NCBI GenBank assembly: GCA_963749755.1
Contig: CAVVOK010000010.1
Location: forward strand, 101,301-165,300
Origin: an uncultured Alphaproteobacteria bacterium
GTDB taxonomy: Bacteria; Pseudomonadota; Alphaproteobacteria; Rhizobiales; Kaistiaceae
Length of the DNA: 64,000 nucleotides
Reading direction: 5' to 3'
Shown: piece by piece, positions 32,971 through 42,877 of the stretch
How the letters are laid out: every line of letters begins with the position of its first letter
Position numbering within the stretch: the stretch's first letter is position 1
Notes under the pieces: model-generated
Told to the model about the DNA's origin: nothing
What the model saw: the letters and a program-made list of their open reading frames with translations, nothing else
The model's database searches: none
Translations under genes and position numbers: made by a program

Positions 32971-33000
32971 CGGAGATGACTGGGCCGGAGATGACTGGGG
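32971..33000. repeat. perfect 15-bp tandem duplication (CCGGAGATGACTGGG x2)
   Basis: Two directly adjacent identical copies at 32971-32985 and 32986-33000, between tRNA-Asp and the nuoA upstream region. Confidence 0.95.
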
Positions 33001-33008
33001 AAGTGAAT

Positions 33009-33085
33009 GGCGGGAGCGACGGGGCTCGAACCCGCGACCTTCGGCGTGACAGGCCGACGCTCTAACCAACTGAGCTACGCCCCCG
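33009..33085 (-). tRNA. tRNA-Asp (anticodon GTC)
   Basis: The reverse complement is GGGGGCGTAGCTCAGTTGGTTAGAGCGTCGGCCTGTCACGCCGAAGGTCGCGGGTTCGAGCCCCGTCGCTCCCGCCA. It folds as a cloverleaf with anticodon loop CTGTCAC, a TTCGAGC T-loop and an encoded CCA. Confidence 0.9.
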
Positions 33086-33175
33086 CGGGCGTGGGCGGCA
33101 CTTAAGGCAGCGGCCAATACCAAGTCAAGAAGTGCGGCGCCAAGCGGCGCAATTCTTGCGCGCGCCGCGGCGACT

Positions 33176-33251
33176 GGTGGGCGGTGAGAGGCTCGAACTC
33201 CCGACATCCACGGTGTAAACGTGGCGCTCTACCAACTGAGCTAACCGCCCG
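33176..33251 (-). tRNA. tRNA-Val (anticodon TAC)
   Basis: The reverse complement is GGGCGGTTAGCTCAGTTGGTAGAGCGCCACGTTTACACCGTGGATGTCGGGAGTTCGAGCCTCTCACCGCCCACCA. The acceptor pairs GGGCGGT/ACCGCCC, the anticodon loop is TTTACAC, and the CCA is encoded. Confidence 0.9.
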
Positions 33252-33380
33252 CCATATGCTCGACGCTTCGCGCGAGGGATATCCCACCCCCTCCGGCCAG
33301 GCAATCGCGGTCGCATCGCCCGAATTCACAGCGCCGCGGGCGCGTGGTAAGGCGCCGGGCGCTAAGGAGGCGGTCGGCCG

Positions 33381-35099
33381 ATGTCTCGACAGGAGTTGCT
33401 GGTGGGGCGCGCGTCGTTTCCCCTCGACGATGGTCCCATTGCCCGCGCCCTTGCGTGGGTTTCGGCAAGCCACGTTCGGGCGATCGCCGCGCTCGTTCTC
33501 ATCTCCCTCGTCTGTTTCCTCCCCGGAATCGCCAGCATCCCGCCCCTCGATCGCGACGAGGCGCGATTTGCTCAATCGACCAAGCAGATGCTGGAGACCG
33601 GCAACTACATCGACATCCGTCTCGGCGACGAGGCTCGCTACAAGAAGCCGATCGGCATCTACTGGCTCCAGGCGGCGCTGGTGAAGGCGACCGGACAGGG
33701 CGCCGACGCCCCAATTTCCGCCTACCGCCTTGCCTCGCTCGCCGGCGCTTTGGCGACCGTGCTGCTCACGTACTGGGCCGCCCTCGCTTTCTTCGGCCGC
33801 CCCGCCGCGTTCATCGGCGCGGCGTTGATGGCACTCTCCTTGATTCTCGTTGTCGAGGCGCACCTCGCCAAGACCGACGCGGTACTGACGGCGACTGTCA
33901 CCCTTGCCATGGGCGCGCTCGGGCGGCTCTACATGCGCAAGGACTCCCACGCGAACGGCATCGCCATCCCGCTCCTATTCTGGGTCGGTACCGGTCTCGG
34001 TATCCTTGTCAAAGGGCCAATCGCGCCGATGGTGGCGGCCCTCGCCATCGTCGCGCTCGTTGCTACGGACCGGCGCGCAGCGTGGCTGAAACGACTGAGG
34101 CCGGCGATCGGCCTCCCGGTCATGCTGGCGATCGTGCTGCCGTGGTTCATCGCAATCCTGGCGATCGCCGGTCGCGATTTCTTCCAGCAGTCCGTCGGCG
34201 CGGACCTCCTGAGCAAAGTCGCAAGCGGCCAGGAGTCCCATGGCGCGCCGCCGGGAACGCACTTTGCGACATTCTGGGTGATCTTCTGGCCGGGCGCGGT
34301 GCTCGCCCCGTTTGCCGCCACTTGGGTCTGGCACCGGCGCGCGGAGCCCGCCGTCCACTTCTGCCTCGCGTGGATCGTCCCCTCGTGGATCGTGTTCGAG
34401 CTCGTCGCGACCAAGCTGCCGCACTACACGCTGCCGCTCTACCCGGCGATCGCTATGCTGATCGGTGGCGCCGTCGCCAACGGCAGCTTGAGCGCGTGGC
34501 CGCGCCTTGCCCGGATCGCCGCCATGCCTCCGGCCGCATTTGCCGTGCTTCTGGCGCTCGCCGCCGTCGTAGGCCTGGCGTGGCTGCAGCACGCCGTCAG
34601 CCCAACGCTGCTGGTGCTGCTGCTCGTCGTCGCGGGCCTTGCCGCCATGGCGATGATCGCCGGACGAGGCCATGCGCCACTCACCGCCGCCGCGCTCGTC
34701 GCCGTCGCGGCAGCCGGCGCATATTGGGCAGTGCTGGGAATCGCCGCGCCTCGGCTCGATGTGCTCCACGTGTCCGGCGCGCTGGCAGCGGCCGCGACGC
34801 GCGACGCACGCTGCCTGACACCGGAGATCGCGTCGGCAGGCTACGACGAGCCAAGCTTGCTCTTCCTGGCCGGTACCGGCACCCGCTTCGTGGACGGCCC
34901 CGCCGCTGCCGATTTCCTCGCCGCCGGCGGTTGCCGGGTGGTGTTCGTCGCCGCTCCCCGCCAGGCGGCGTTCCTCGCCCGCGTGGCCGATCTTGGCCTC
35001 GCCGTCGATAAGCGCGACACCGTCGAAGGTATCGACATCGGCAACCTCAACCGCGTCAGCATCGCGGTCTACGTCCCCGTCGCCGCTACCGCTCAATAG
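33381..35099 (+). CDS. glycosyltransferase family 39 (ArnT/PMT-like) polytopic membrane protein
   Basis: A 572-aa ORF with the N-terminal loop PPLDRDEARFAQSTKQMLETGNYIDIRLGDEARYKKPIGIYWLQA typical of the ArnT-like family, followed by many TM segments. Confidence 0.8.
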   Translation: MSRQELLVGRASFPLDDGPIARALAWVSASHVRAIAALVLISLVCFLPGIASIPPLDRDEARFAQSTKQMLETGNYIDIRLGDEARYKKPIGIYWLQAALVKATGQGADAPISAYRLASLAGALATVLLTYWAALAFFGRPAAFIGAALMALSLILVVEAHLAKTDAVLTATVTLAMGALGRLYMRKDSHANGIAIPLLFWVGTGLGILVKGPIAPMVAALAIVALVATDRRAAWLKRLRPAIGLPVMLAIVLPWFIAILAIAGRDFFQQSVGADLLSKVASGQESHGAPPGTHFATFWVIFWPGAVLAPFAATWVWHRRAEPAVHFCLAWIVPSWIVFELVATKLPHYTLPLYPAIAMLIGGAVANGSLSAWPRLARIAAMPPAAFAVLLALAAVVGLAWLQHAVSPTLLVLLLVVAGLAAMAMIAGRGHAPLTAAALVAVAAAGAYWAVLGIAAPRLDVLHVSGALAAAATRDARCLTPEIASAGYDEPSLLFLAGTGTRFVDGPAAADFLAAGGCRVVFVAAPRQAAFLARVADLGLAVDKRDTVEGIDIGNLNRVSIAVYVPVAATAQ

Positions 35100-35199
35100 G
35101 GAGTTGCGGGACAGATTGTCCTGCGACCAACGGGCATCTTGAGTTGGGTCGCCCGCCCATATTACCTCGCAGCCAGCGTCAATATTCGGCAGGAGTCCC

Positions 35200-36080
35200 A
35201 TGGCGATCGCATCAGCGACCGGTTTTACTTGGCCGTGGCAGGATCGGCAGGCCCGGTTCTCGCCCCTGCGCGCCGGCGCGTTGGTCGTCGTGCTGCTACC
35301 GGCTGTCTCGATGCTTTTTGACCTCGCCTTCGGCTTCTATGGCGACATGCCCGTCCACGGGTTCCTTTATTGGTCCGGCATCTGGGCAACCGCCCTTCTG
35401 CTCCTCGTCCTGGCGGTGACGCCCGCGCGCACCATCCTGCGCTGGAACCGGCTGATCGCAGTCCGCCGTACCATCGGCTTGGCGGCGCTCGCCTATACGG
35501 TCTTTCACGTCGTCATGTACTTCGCGCTCGACTCCTGGAACTTCGCCCAGGTCGCCTTCGGAGATGGCGATGATCAGCGTCAACGTCATTGCCGCGACCG
35601 TATCGACCATCTTCCTCGTCGCGCTTGGTGCAACATCCTGCGACGCCGCCGTCCGGCGGCTCGGACCGAAGGGCTGGCAGCGGCTGCACCGTTTGGCATA
35701 CACCGCGACCGTCCTTGCCATCGTGCACTTCCTGCTATCGCGCGGCGTGTTCCCGGTCATGTACGTGTTCTCCGGCATTCTGCTGTGGCTGATGGCGTGG
35801 CGCGTGCTCGCACGTTACGGCCGCGGTGGCGACCCGCTGGCGCTTGGCGTCCTCACCCTTGCCGTATCGCTCGTCACGCTGGCGCTCGAGCCATGGTGGA
35901 CCTGGGCGCACCATGGCTTCGATCCGATCCTCACCCTCGGCGACAACCTCACCGGTTGCATACGGCCTCACGTCGGCTTGGCAGATCCTGATCAGCGGTC
36001 TCATCGTTACGGCCATCGCCGCGCTCGTCCGCCTCCGTTCGCGGACACCAACCGTTTCCCACGTCGCGCGAGCAAACTGA
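35200..36080 (+). pseudogene. MsrQ/YedZ-like ferric-reductase-type heme membrane protein, two frame changes
   Basis: Frame 1 runs ..RTIGLAALAYTVFHVVMYFALDSWNFAQVAF. After an extra G at 35560 it continues EMAMISVNVIAATVSTIFLVALGATSCDAAVRRLGPKGWQRLHRLAYTATVLAIVHFLL. A second shift near 35950 leads into ..AWQILISGLIVTAIAALVRLR-stop at 36080. No msrP partner is nearby. Confidence 0.6.
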
Positions 36081-36206
36081 GCCCGGCTTGCCCCGTCGGC
36101 TCCGCCCGCGTTAGGCTTTCCAAACGAGGCCACGCGCAAACGCGTGCAACGGCGCCGCGGGACCCCATCCGCACGCCCACCACCGACAACCATCATTGCG
36201 AGGGAC

Positions 36207-37388
36207 ATGGTAGGGCCGCGTATCTACAATCTCTTCCCGCCATTGGTCGGCCCCGTCCGCGAATGGTCAGCACACCTCGACCGCATCGCCGAGATGGGGT
36301 TCGACTGGGTCTTCGTCAACCCCTTCCACTAATCGGGTTTTCCGGCAGCCTCTACGCCGTCAAGGACTACTATCGACCTCAACCCGCTGTTGCGCGGCGA
36401 CGCGCGCAGGCCGATGACGACAGCCTGCTCGCCGGCTTCGTCGAGCCGGCGGCCGAGGCACGGCCTGTCGGTGATGATGGACCTGGTGCTCAACCACACC
36501 GCCAAGGACAGCCTGCTCGCGAGCAGCACCCGGACTGGTTCCCCCGCGAGGCCGACGGGACGCTCGATTCGCCCGCGCGGTCGACCCCGACGATCCCGAT
36601 GCCAAGGTCACAGTCTGGGGCGATCTGGCCGAGCTCGATTACTGCGAGCGCGCCCGAGCGCAAGGCGATCGTCGCCTACTGGCGGACGTCGTCGCGACAC
36701 TACGCCGGGCTCGGCTTCCGCGGCTTCCGCGCCGACGCCGCCTACAAGGTGCCGGCCGCCGTTTGGGCCGCGATCATGACGGCCGGCACGGGCCGCGCGA
36801 CCCCGCCGCTCACCTTTTCGCCGAGACGCTCGGCTGCCGCCCGCGAGCGAGGTGACGGCGCTGCACGATGCCGGCTTCGACTTCATCTTCAACAGCGCCA
36901 AATGGTGGGACTTCAAGGCGCCCTGGCTGATCGAGCAATACGAGATGTTTCGGCACATCGCGCCATCCATCGCCTTCCCCGAAAGCCATGACACGGAACG
37001 TCTGGCGACCGATCTCGCGCGCGAAGCGGCGTAACCGGACCCGGCCGACGTGGAGGCGATCTACCGCCAGCGCTATCTGTTCGCCGCCGCCTTCTCCACC
37101 GGCGTCATGATGCCGATCGGCTACGAGTTCGGCTTCCGCCGGAAGCTCGACGTGGTCACGACGCGCCCGACCGACTGGGAGGAGCCGCTGTTCGACCTCA
37201 CCGAGTTCATCGCCGATGCGAACGCCATGAAGCGCGACGCGCCGCCGCTGAACGAGGAAGGGCCGCAAATCTGGTGGCATCCGCGCGACTCCGGCGTGGT
37301 CGCCCTCGTTCGCCGCGCGGTCGGGGACGGTTGGGCGCTGACGCTCGTCAACCCCGACCGTGCGCATGGCCACACCGTCAGCGCCTGA
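36207..37388 (+). pseudogene. GH13 alpha-amylase-family protein, heavily frameshifted plus an in-frame TAA
   Basis: Conserved pieces appear in alternating frames: MVGPRIYNLFPPLVGPVREWSAHLDRIAEMGFDWVFVNPFH / GFSGSLYAVKDYY / LNPLLRGDARRP / HGLSVMMDLVLNHTAKD / AVDPDDPDAKVTVWGDLAELDY / GLGFRGFRADAAYKVP / FNSAKWWDF..FPESHDTERLA. There is an in-frame TAA at 37032, after which the frame continues as ..YLFAAAFSTGVMMPIGYEFGF. Confidence 0.75.
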
Positions 37389-37508
37389 ACGCCTGGTGGA
37401 GCTCGGCTGCGTCCTCCCGGCGGCACGAGATGACGCCCGGCCATGCCGGCACCGAGCTCGGACGGAGCACCGTCCTTCGCCTCGCAGCCGTCGGAAGTGC
37501 GCGTGTTC

Positions 37509-39592
37509 ATGGGTCCTACGACGGCAGCGATGGAACGCCCGGCGGCCACCGCCGCGGCCGCGCCGGTTTCGGTCCCGCCGGACGCCCTTGAATCGCCGCC
37601 GTCGGAGCTCCGCAGCGCACCGATCATGATCCAGAACGTCAAACCCGAGCTCGACTGCGGCCGCTACCCCGTCAAGCGCGAGGTCGGGCGACGTGCTCGA
37701 CGTCTGCGCCGAGTCTTCAAGGAGGGCCACGATCAAGCATCGCGTGCCGTCCTCAAGGTGCGGCGCGCCGACCAAGTCGACGTGGCACGAAACGCGGATG
37801 ACGCTGGCCGAGCCCGGCCTCGACCGCTGGCGCGGTCAAGTGCGGCTCGAGGAGAACACGCGCTATCGCTACACCATCGAGGCTTGGCCGGATGCGTTAC
37901 GAAATCGTGGCGCGCGGAGATTGAGAAGAAGCACGCCGCCGGGCAGGCGGTCGCGCTGGAGCTGCGGGAGGGGCGCGACATCGTCGCGGCCGCGCGCGAC
38001 CGCGCCACGGGCGACGACCGCAGCAAGCTCGACGCGGCGCTCGCCGAGATCGACGCAGCGATCAGGCGAGGCCGACCGCCTCGCGCTGCTCGTTGCGCAT
38101 GCGCGTCAGCCGCCTCATCGCCCGCGCGCCCGATCGTGCCCGCGCCGTCGCTACCCACACGAGTTGGAGGTGATGGTCGACCGGACCGGCCGCGCGCTTC
38201 GCCGCCTGGTACGAGATGTTTCCCCGCTCGCAGGGCACCGACCCGGCGAAGAGCGCAACGTTCGACGACTGCATTTCGCGCCTCGACGAGATTCGCGCCA
38301 TGGGCTTCGACGTGGTCTATTTGGTGCCGATCCATCCGATCGGCCGCGTCCACCGCAAGGGCCGCAACAACGCGCCGCGCGCCGAGCCCGGCGATCCCGG
38401 CAGCCCCTACGCCATCGGCTCCGTCGAGGGCGGGCACGACGCCATCCACCCCGATCTCGGCACGATCGACGATTTTCGCGCCTTCGTCGCCGCCACCAAG
38501 GAGCGCGGCATGGAGGTGGCGCTCGATTTCGCCATCCAGTGCGCGCCCGACCACCCGTGGGTGAAGGAGCATCCGGAGTGGTTCGTCTTCCGGCCGGATG
38601 GGTCGATGAAATACGCCGAGAACCCGCCCAAGAAGTACGAGGACATCGTCAACGTCAATTTCTACGGACCGCATCGCCAAGCCCTGTGGGAGGCGCTGCG
38701 CGACGTCATCGTATTCTGGATCGACGCCGGCGTCGCCATCTTCCGCGTCGATAACCCCCACACCAAGCCGGTGCCGTTCTGGGAGTGGCTGATCCGCGAC
38801 ATCCAGGAGCGGCATCCGGAGGTGATCTTCCTCGCCGAGGCGTTCACCCGGCCCGCAGTGCTGAAGATGCTGGCCAAGGTCGGCTTCAGCCAGTCGTACA
38901 CCTATTTCACCTGGCGCAAATTCAAGGGCGAGCTCACCGACTATCTGACCGAGCTGACGCAATCGGAATGAGCGAGTATCTTCGCCCGAACTTCTTCGCC
39001 AACACGCCCGACATCCTGCCTGCGTTCCTTCAGACGGGCGGGCGGCCGGCGTTCCAGATCCGGTTGGTGCTCGCCGCGACGCTCTCCAGCGTCTACGGCA
39101 TCTACAACGGCTTCGAGCTGTGCGAGGCGGCGGCGCTTCCCAACAGCGAGGAGTACGCCAACTCGGAGAAGTACGAATACAAGGTCTGGGATTGGGATCG
39201 CCCGGGCAACATCAAGGACTATGTCGCACGGGTGAACGCCATCCGCCGCGACAATCCCGCCCTGCACTATCTCAAGAACCTGACATTCCATCACGCGGAT
39301 GACGACAACGTGCTGTTCTACGGCAAGATGAGCGAGGACGGCGCGCAACATCGTCTTCATCGCCGTCAACCTCGATCCGTTCGATGCTCACGAGGCGAAC
39401 CTTGAGTTTCCGCTCGCCGCCATGGGCGTACCGGAGGGCGAGGCCTTCGAGGTCGAGGAACTGCTGACCGGCAGCAAGCATTTGTGGCGCGGCGCGGTCC
39501 AGCGCGTCCGGCTCGATCCGCACGCCAACCCGGCGGTGATCTTCCGCGTGGCGAAATGGACGCGCGTCGACTACCGCGAGCCCTGTTTCTGA
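37509..39592 (+). pseudogene. glgE: alpha-1,4-glucan:maltose-1-phosphate maltosyltransferase, at least 8 frame changes
   Basis: Fragments across the three frames are IMIQNVKPELDCGRYPVKREVG / DVLDVCAE / VFKEGHDQ / WHETRMTLAEPGLDRWRGQV..YTIEAW / WRAEIEKKHAAGQ / ELEVMVDR / a long intact block [38 protein letters not shown] / [17 protein letters not shown].. / NIVFIAVNLDPFDAHE..DYREPCF-stop. The start coordinate is approximate. Confidence 0.85.
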
Positions 39593-39594
39593 CG

Positions 39595-42500
39595 ATGGCC
39601 GAAACCCAAACCCGCTGGTACCAGGACGCGATCGTCTACGAGGTGCACGTCAAGTCGTTCTACGACTCCAACGGCGACGGAGTGGGCGATTTCGCCGGGC
39701 TGACGGAGAAGCTCGACTACCTCACCGATCTTGGCATCACCGCGATCTGGCTGCTGCCGTTCTACCCTTCGCCGCTCCGCGACGACGGCTACGACATCGG
39801 CGAATATCGCAGCGTCAACCCGACTTACGGCACGATGCGCGACTTCCGTCGCTTCGTGCGCGAGGCGCACAAGCGCGGGCTGCGCGTCATCACCGAACTC
39901 GTCGTCAACCACACCTCGGACCAGCACCCGTGGTTTCAGCGCGCGCGCAAGGCGAAGCCCGGCTCCGCCATGGCGCAACTTCTACGTCTGGAGCGACACG
40001 GACCAGCGCTACCAGGGCACGCGCATTATCTTCCTCGACACAGAGGCCTCCAATTGGGCCTGGGACCCCGAGGCGCAGTCGTATTACTGGCACCGCTTCT
40101 ACTCGCACCAGCCGGATCTCAACTTCGCCAATCCGCGGGTGGTGAAGGAAATCATCCGTGTGATGGAACACTGGATCGAGATGGGGGTCGACGGCCTGAG
40201 GCTCGACGCCGTGCCATACCTTTGCGAGCGGGAGGGCACCAACAATGAAAACCTCCCCGAGACCCACGCGGTGATCCGCGAAATCCGCGCCAACCTCGAC
40301 GCGCGCTATCCCGATCGCATGCTGCTCGCGGAGGCCAACCAGTGGCCGGAGGACGTGTTGCCCTATTTTGGCAACGGCGATGAATGCCACATGGCGTTCC
40401 ACTTCCCCCTCATGCCGCGCATCTACATGGCGCTGGCCCAGGAGGATCGTCATCCCATCACCGACATCATGCGCCAAACACCGGACGTGCCGGACGGTTG
40501 CCAGTGGGCGATCTTCCTGAGGAACCACGACGAACTGACGCTGGAAATGGTCAGTGACCGCGAGCGCGATTACCTATGGCGAACCTACGCCACTGACGCC
40601 CGCGCGCGGTTGAACCTCGGCATACGCCGTCGTCTGGCGCCGCTGCTCCAGAACGACCACCGCAAGATCCAACTGCTCAATAGCCTGCTCATGTCCATGC
40701 CCGGCACGCCGATCCTCTATTACGGCGACGAGATCGGCATGGGCGACAATATCTACCTCGGCGACCGCGACGGTGTGCGCACGCCCATGCAATGGTCGCC
40801 GGACCGCAACGCCGGCTTTTCCCGCGCCGACCCCGCCCGCCTGTTCCTGCCGCCGATCATGGACCCCGTGTTCGGGTACGAGGCGGTCAACGTCGAGGCG
40901 CAGAACCGAAGCCCGTCGTCGCTGCTGAACTGGCTCAAGGGCCTCATCGCCGCCCGAAAATCGACGCGGGCGTTCGGCCGGGGAACGCTCGCCTTCCTTC
41001 GCCCGGGCAACCGCAAAGTGCTCGCCTACCTTCGGCAGGACGAGAACGACACCGTCCTGTGTCTGGCGAACCTGTCGCGCGCGCCCCAGCCGGTGGAGCT
41101 CGACCTCGCTGAATTCAACGGCCGCGTGCCGGTCGAGTTGCTCGGCCGCAGCGCGTTCCCGCCGGTCGGCCAACTTCCGTACTTTGTGACGCTGCCAGCG
41201 TACGGCTTCTACTGGTTTCTGCTCGCCGAAGAGGCCAAGGCGCCGAGTTGGCACGAAACCATTGCCCCAACGACCGCGGAGTTGGTCACGCTGGTGATCC
41301 CCCAGGGCTGGGCGAGCCTGACGACTGGCTCCGCCGGCAAGTCGCTCCAGGAGCGGAGCCTTCCCGACTACCTCACACCGCGACGTTGGTTCGCCGCCAA
41401 GGGCGACCGTGCCCAGTCGATGAGCCTGTCGCCATTAGCCGAGTTCCCGGTTGACGGCGCCAACGCACTCCTTGCCACCGTTTCGGTCTCCCTCGAGCAA
41501 CGGCGCCAGCCGCAGACCTACGGACTGCCGCTGATGATCGCGTGGGAGGAACTGAGTGACGATGGTCCGCACCCGCCGGACTCCGCTACCGTCGCCCGCG
41601 TCCGCCGTGGAGCAAAGTCGGGCGTGCTGTTCGATGCGACCGCCGACGACAGCTTCGTTCGCGCCCTGGTCGCGGCGATACGCGACAACCGCACCATCGC
41701 TGCGACCGAGGGTGGCGAGGTCGCCTTCACCGCCACCAGCGCATTCCCTCCTGAGGTTGATCTCGCGGCGCTGCCGGTTGCCCGCGGCACGAGCGAACAG
41801 TCGAATACCTCGGTGCGCATCGGCGAGGACCTGAGCCTCAAGGTCTATCGCCTGCTCCAGCAGGGCGTGCATCCGGAGGTTGAGATCGGTCATCACCTGA
41901 CCGAGGTTGCGAACTTCGCCAATACACCGCCGCTTTTCGGCTCGATCGTCCACCGCGACCGGGCGGGCGCACCGACCGCCCTCGCCGTGCTCTCGCGCTA
42001 CGTTGTCAATCAGGGCGACGGCTTTACAACGACGCTGGATTACCTACGGCGCTTCCTGGAAGAGGCGGACCTGCTCACCACCGACGCCGTTGGCGACATG
42101 GCCGAACGTCATCGCGGGTTCGTCGACCGCATGACGACGCTCGGCCGCCGCACTGCCGAGCTGCATCGCGCCTTCGCCGTGCCGACCACAGACAGCGCCT
42201 TCAAACCCGCTCCGACTACGGAGCGGGATCTCAAGCGCTGGCGCAGCGCCGCTCGTGATCAAGCGAACAAAGCGTTCGCGCTGCTCCGCCGCGTGCGTTC
42301 GTCTCTGTCGCCGGACGATAAAGACCGCGCGCGCCAAGTGCTCCGCGCCCGCGCCGCCGTCCTCGCCCGCATCAATGCCGCCGTGCCGGATCGACTCGAT
42401 GCGGTCAAGACCCGCTACCACGGCGACATGCACCTCGGTCAGGTGCTGGTGGTGCACGACGACTTCATCTTCGTCGACTTCGAGGGGGAGCCGGCGCGGC

Positions 42501-42877
42501 CGCTCGCTGAGCGTCGCGTCAAGCACTCGCCGCTCCGCGACGTCGCGGGCATGTTGCGCTCGTTCCACTACGTCGAGGCGACCGCCATGCGCGAACGTCT
42601 TGCGATCCGCGCCGAGGCTGCCAAAGCGCTCGCGCCAATGGCCGAGGACTGGCGGCGCCGTGCGCACGAGGGCTTCATGGCGGGCTATCTCGCGGCAATC
42701 GGCGACTGCCCGTCCGTCCCCACCGATGCGGCGCTCCGCGACAAGCTCATCTTCCTCTTCCTCATCGAGAAGGCCCTCTACGAAATCGGCTACGAGGGCG
42801 CCAACCGTCCGGATTGGATTGGCATTCCGATGGAAGGCGTACTCGCGCTCCTCGCGCTGCCGGAGGGAACTGCCTGA
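39595..42877 (+). CDS. treS: trehalose synthase fused to maltokinase (TreS-Pep2), one apparent 1-nt insertion near 39965
   Basis: [55 protein letters not shown] is in one frame. [23 protein letters not shown].. continues for about 970 further aa in ORF 39731..42877. The C-terminal roughly 450 aa is kinase-like (..[19 protein letters not shown]). Confidence 0.88.

Noticed and set aside
36330-36332. The TAA ending the 41-residue N-terminal GH13-like fragment, considered as a third in-frame nonsense mutation
   Set aside because: The conserved sequence continues in a different frame (..GFSGSLYAVKDYY), so this stop is a consequence of a frameshift rather than a substitution.
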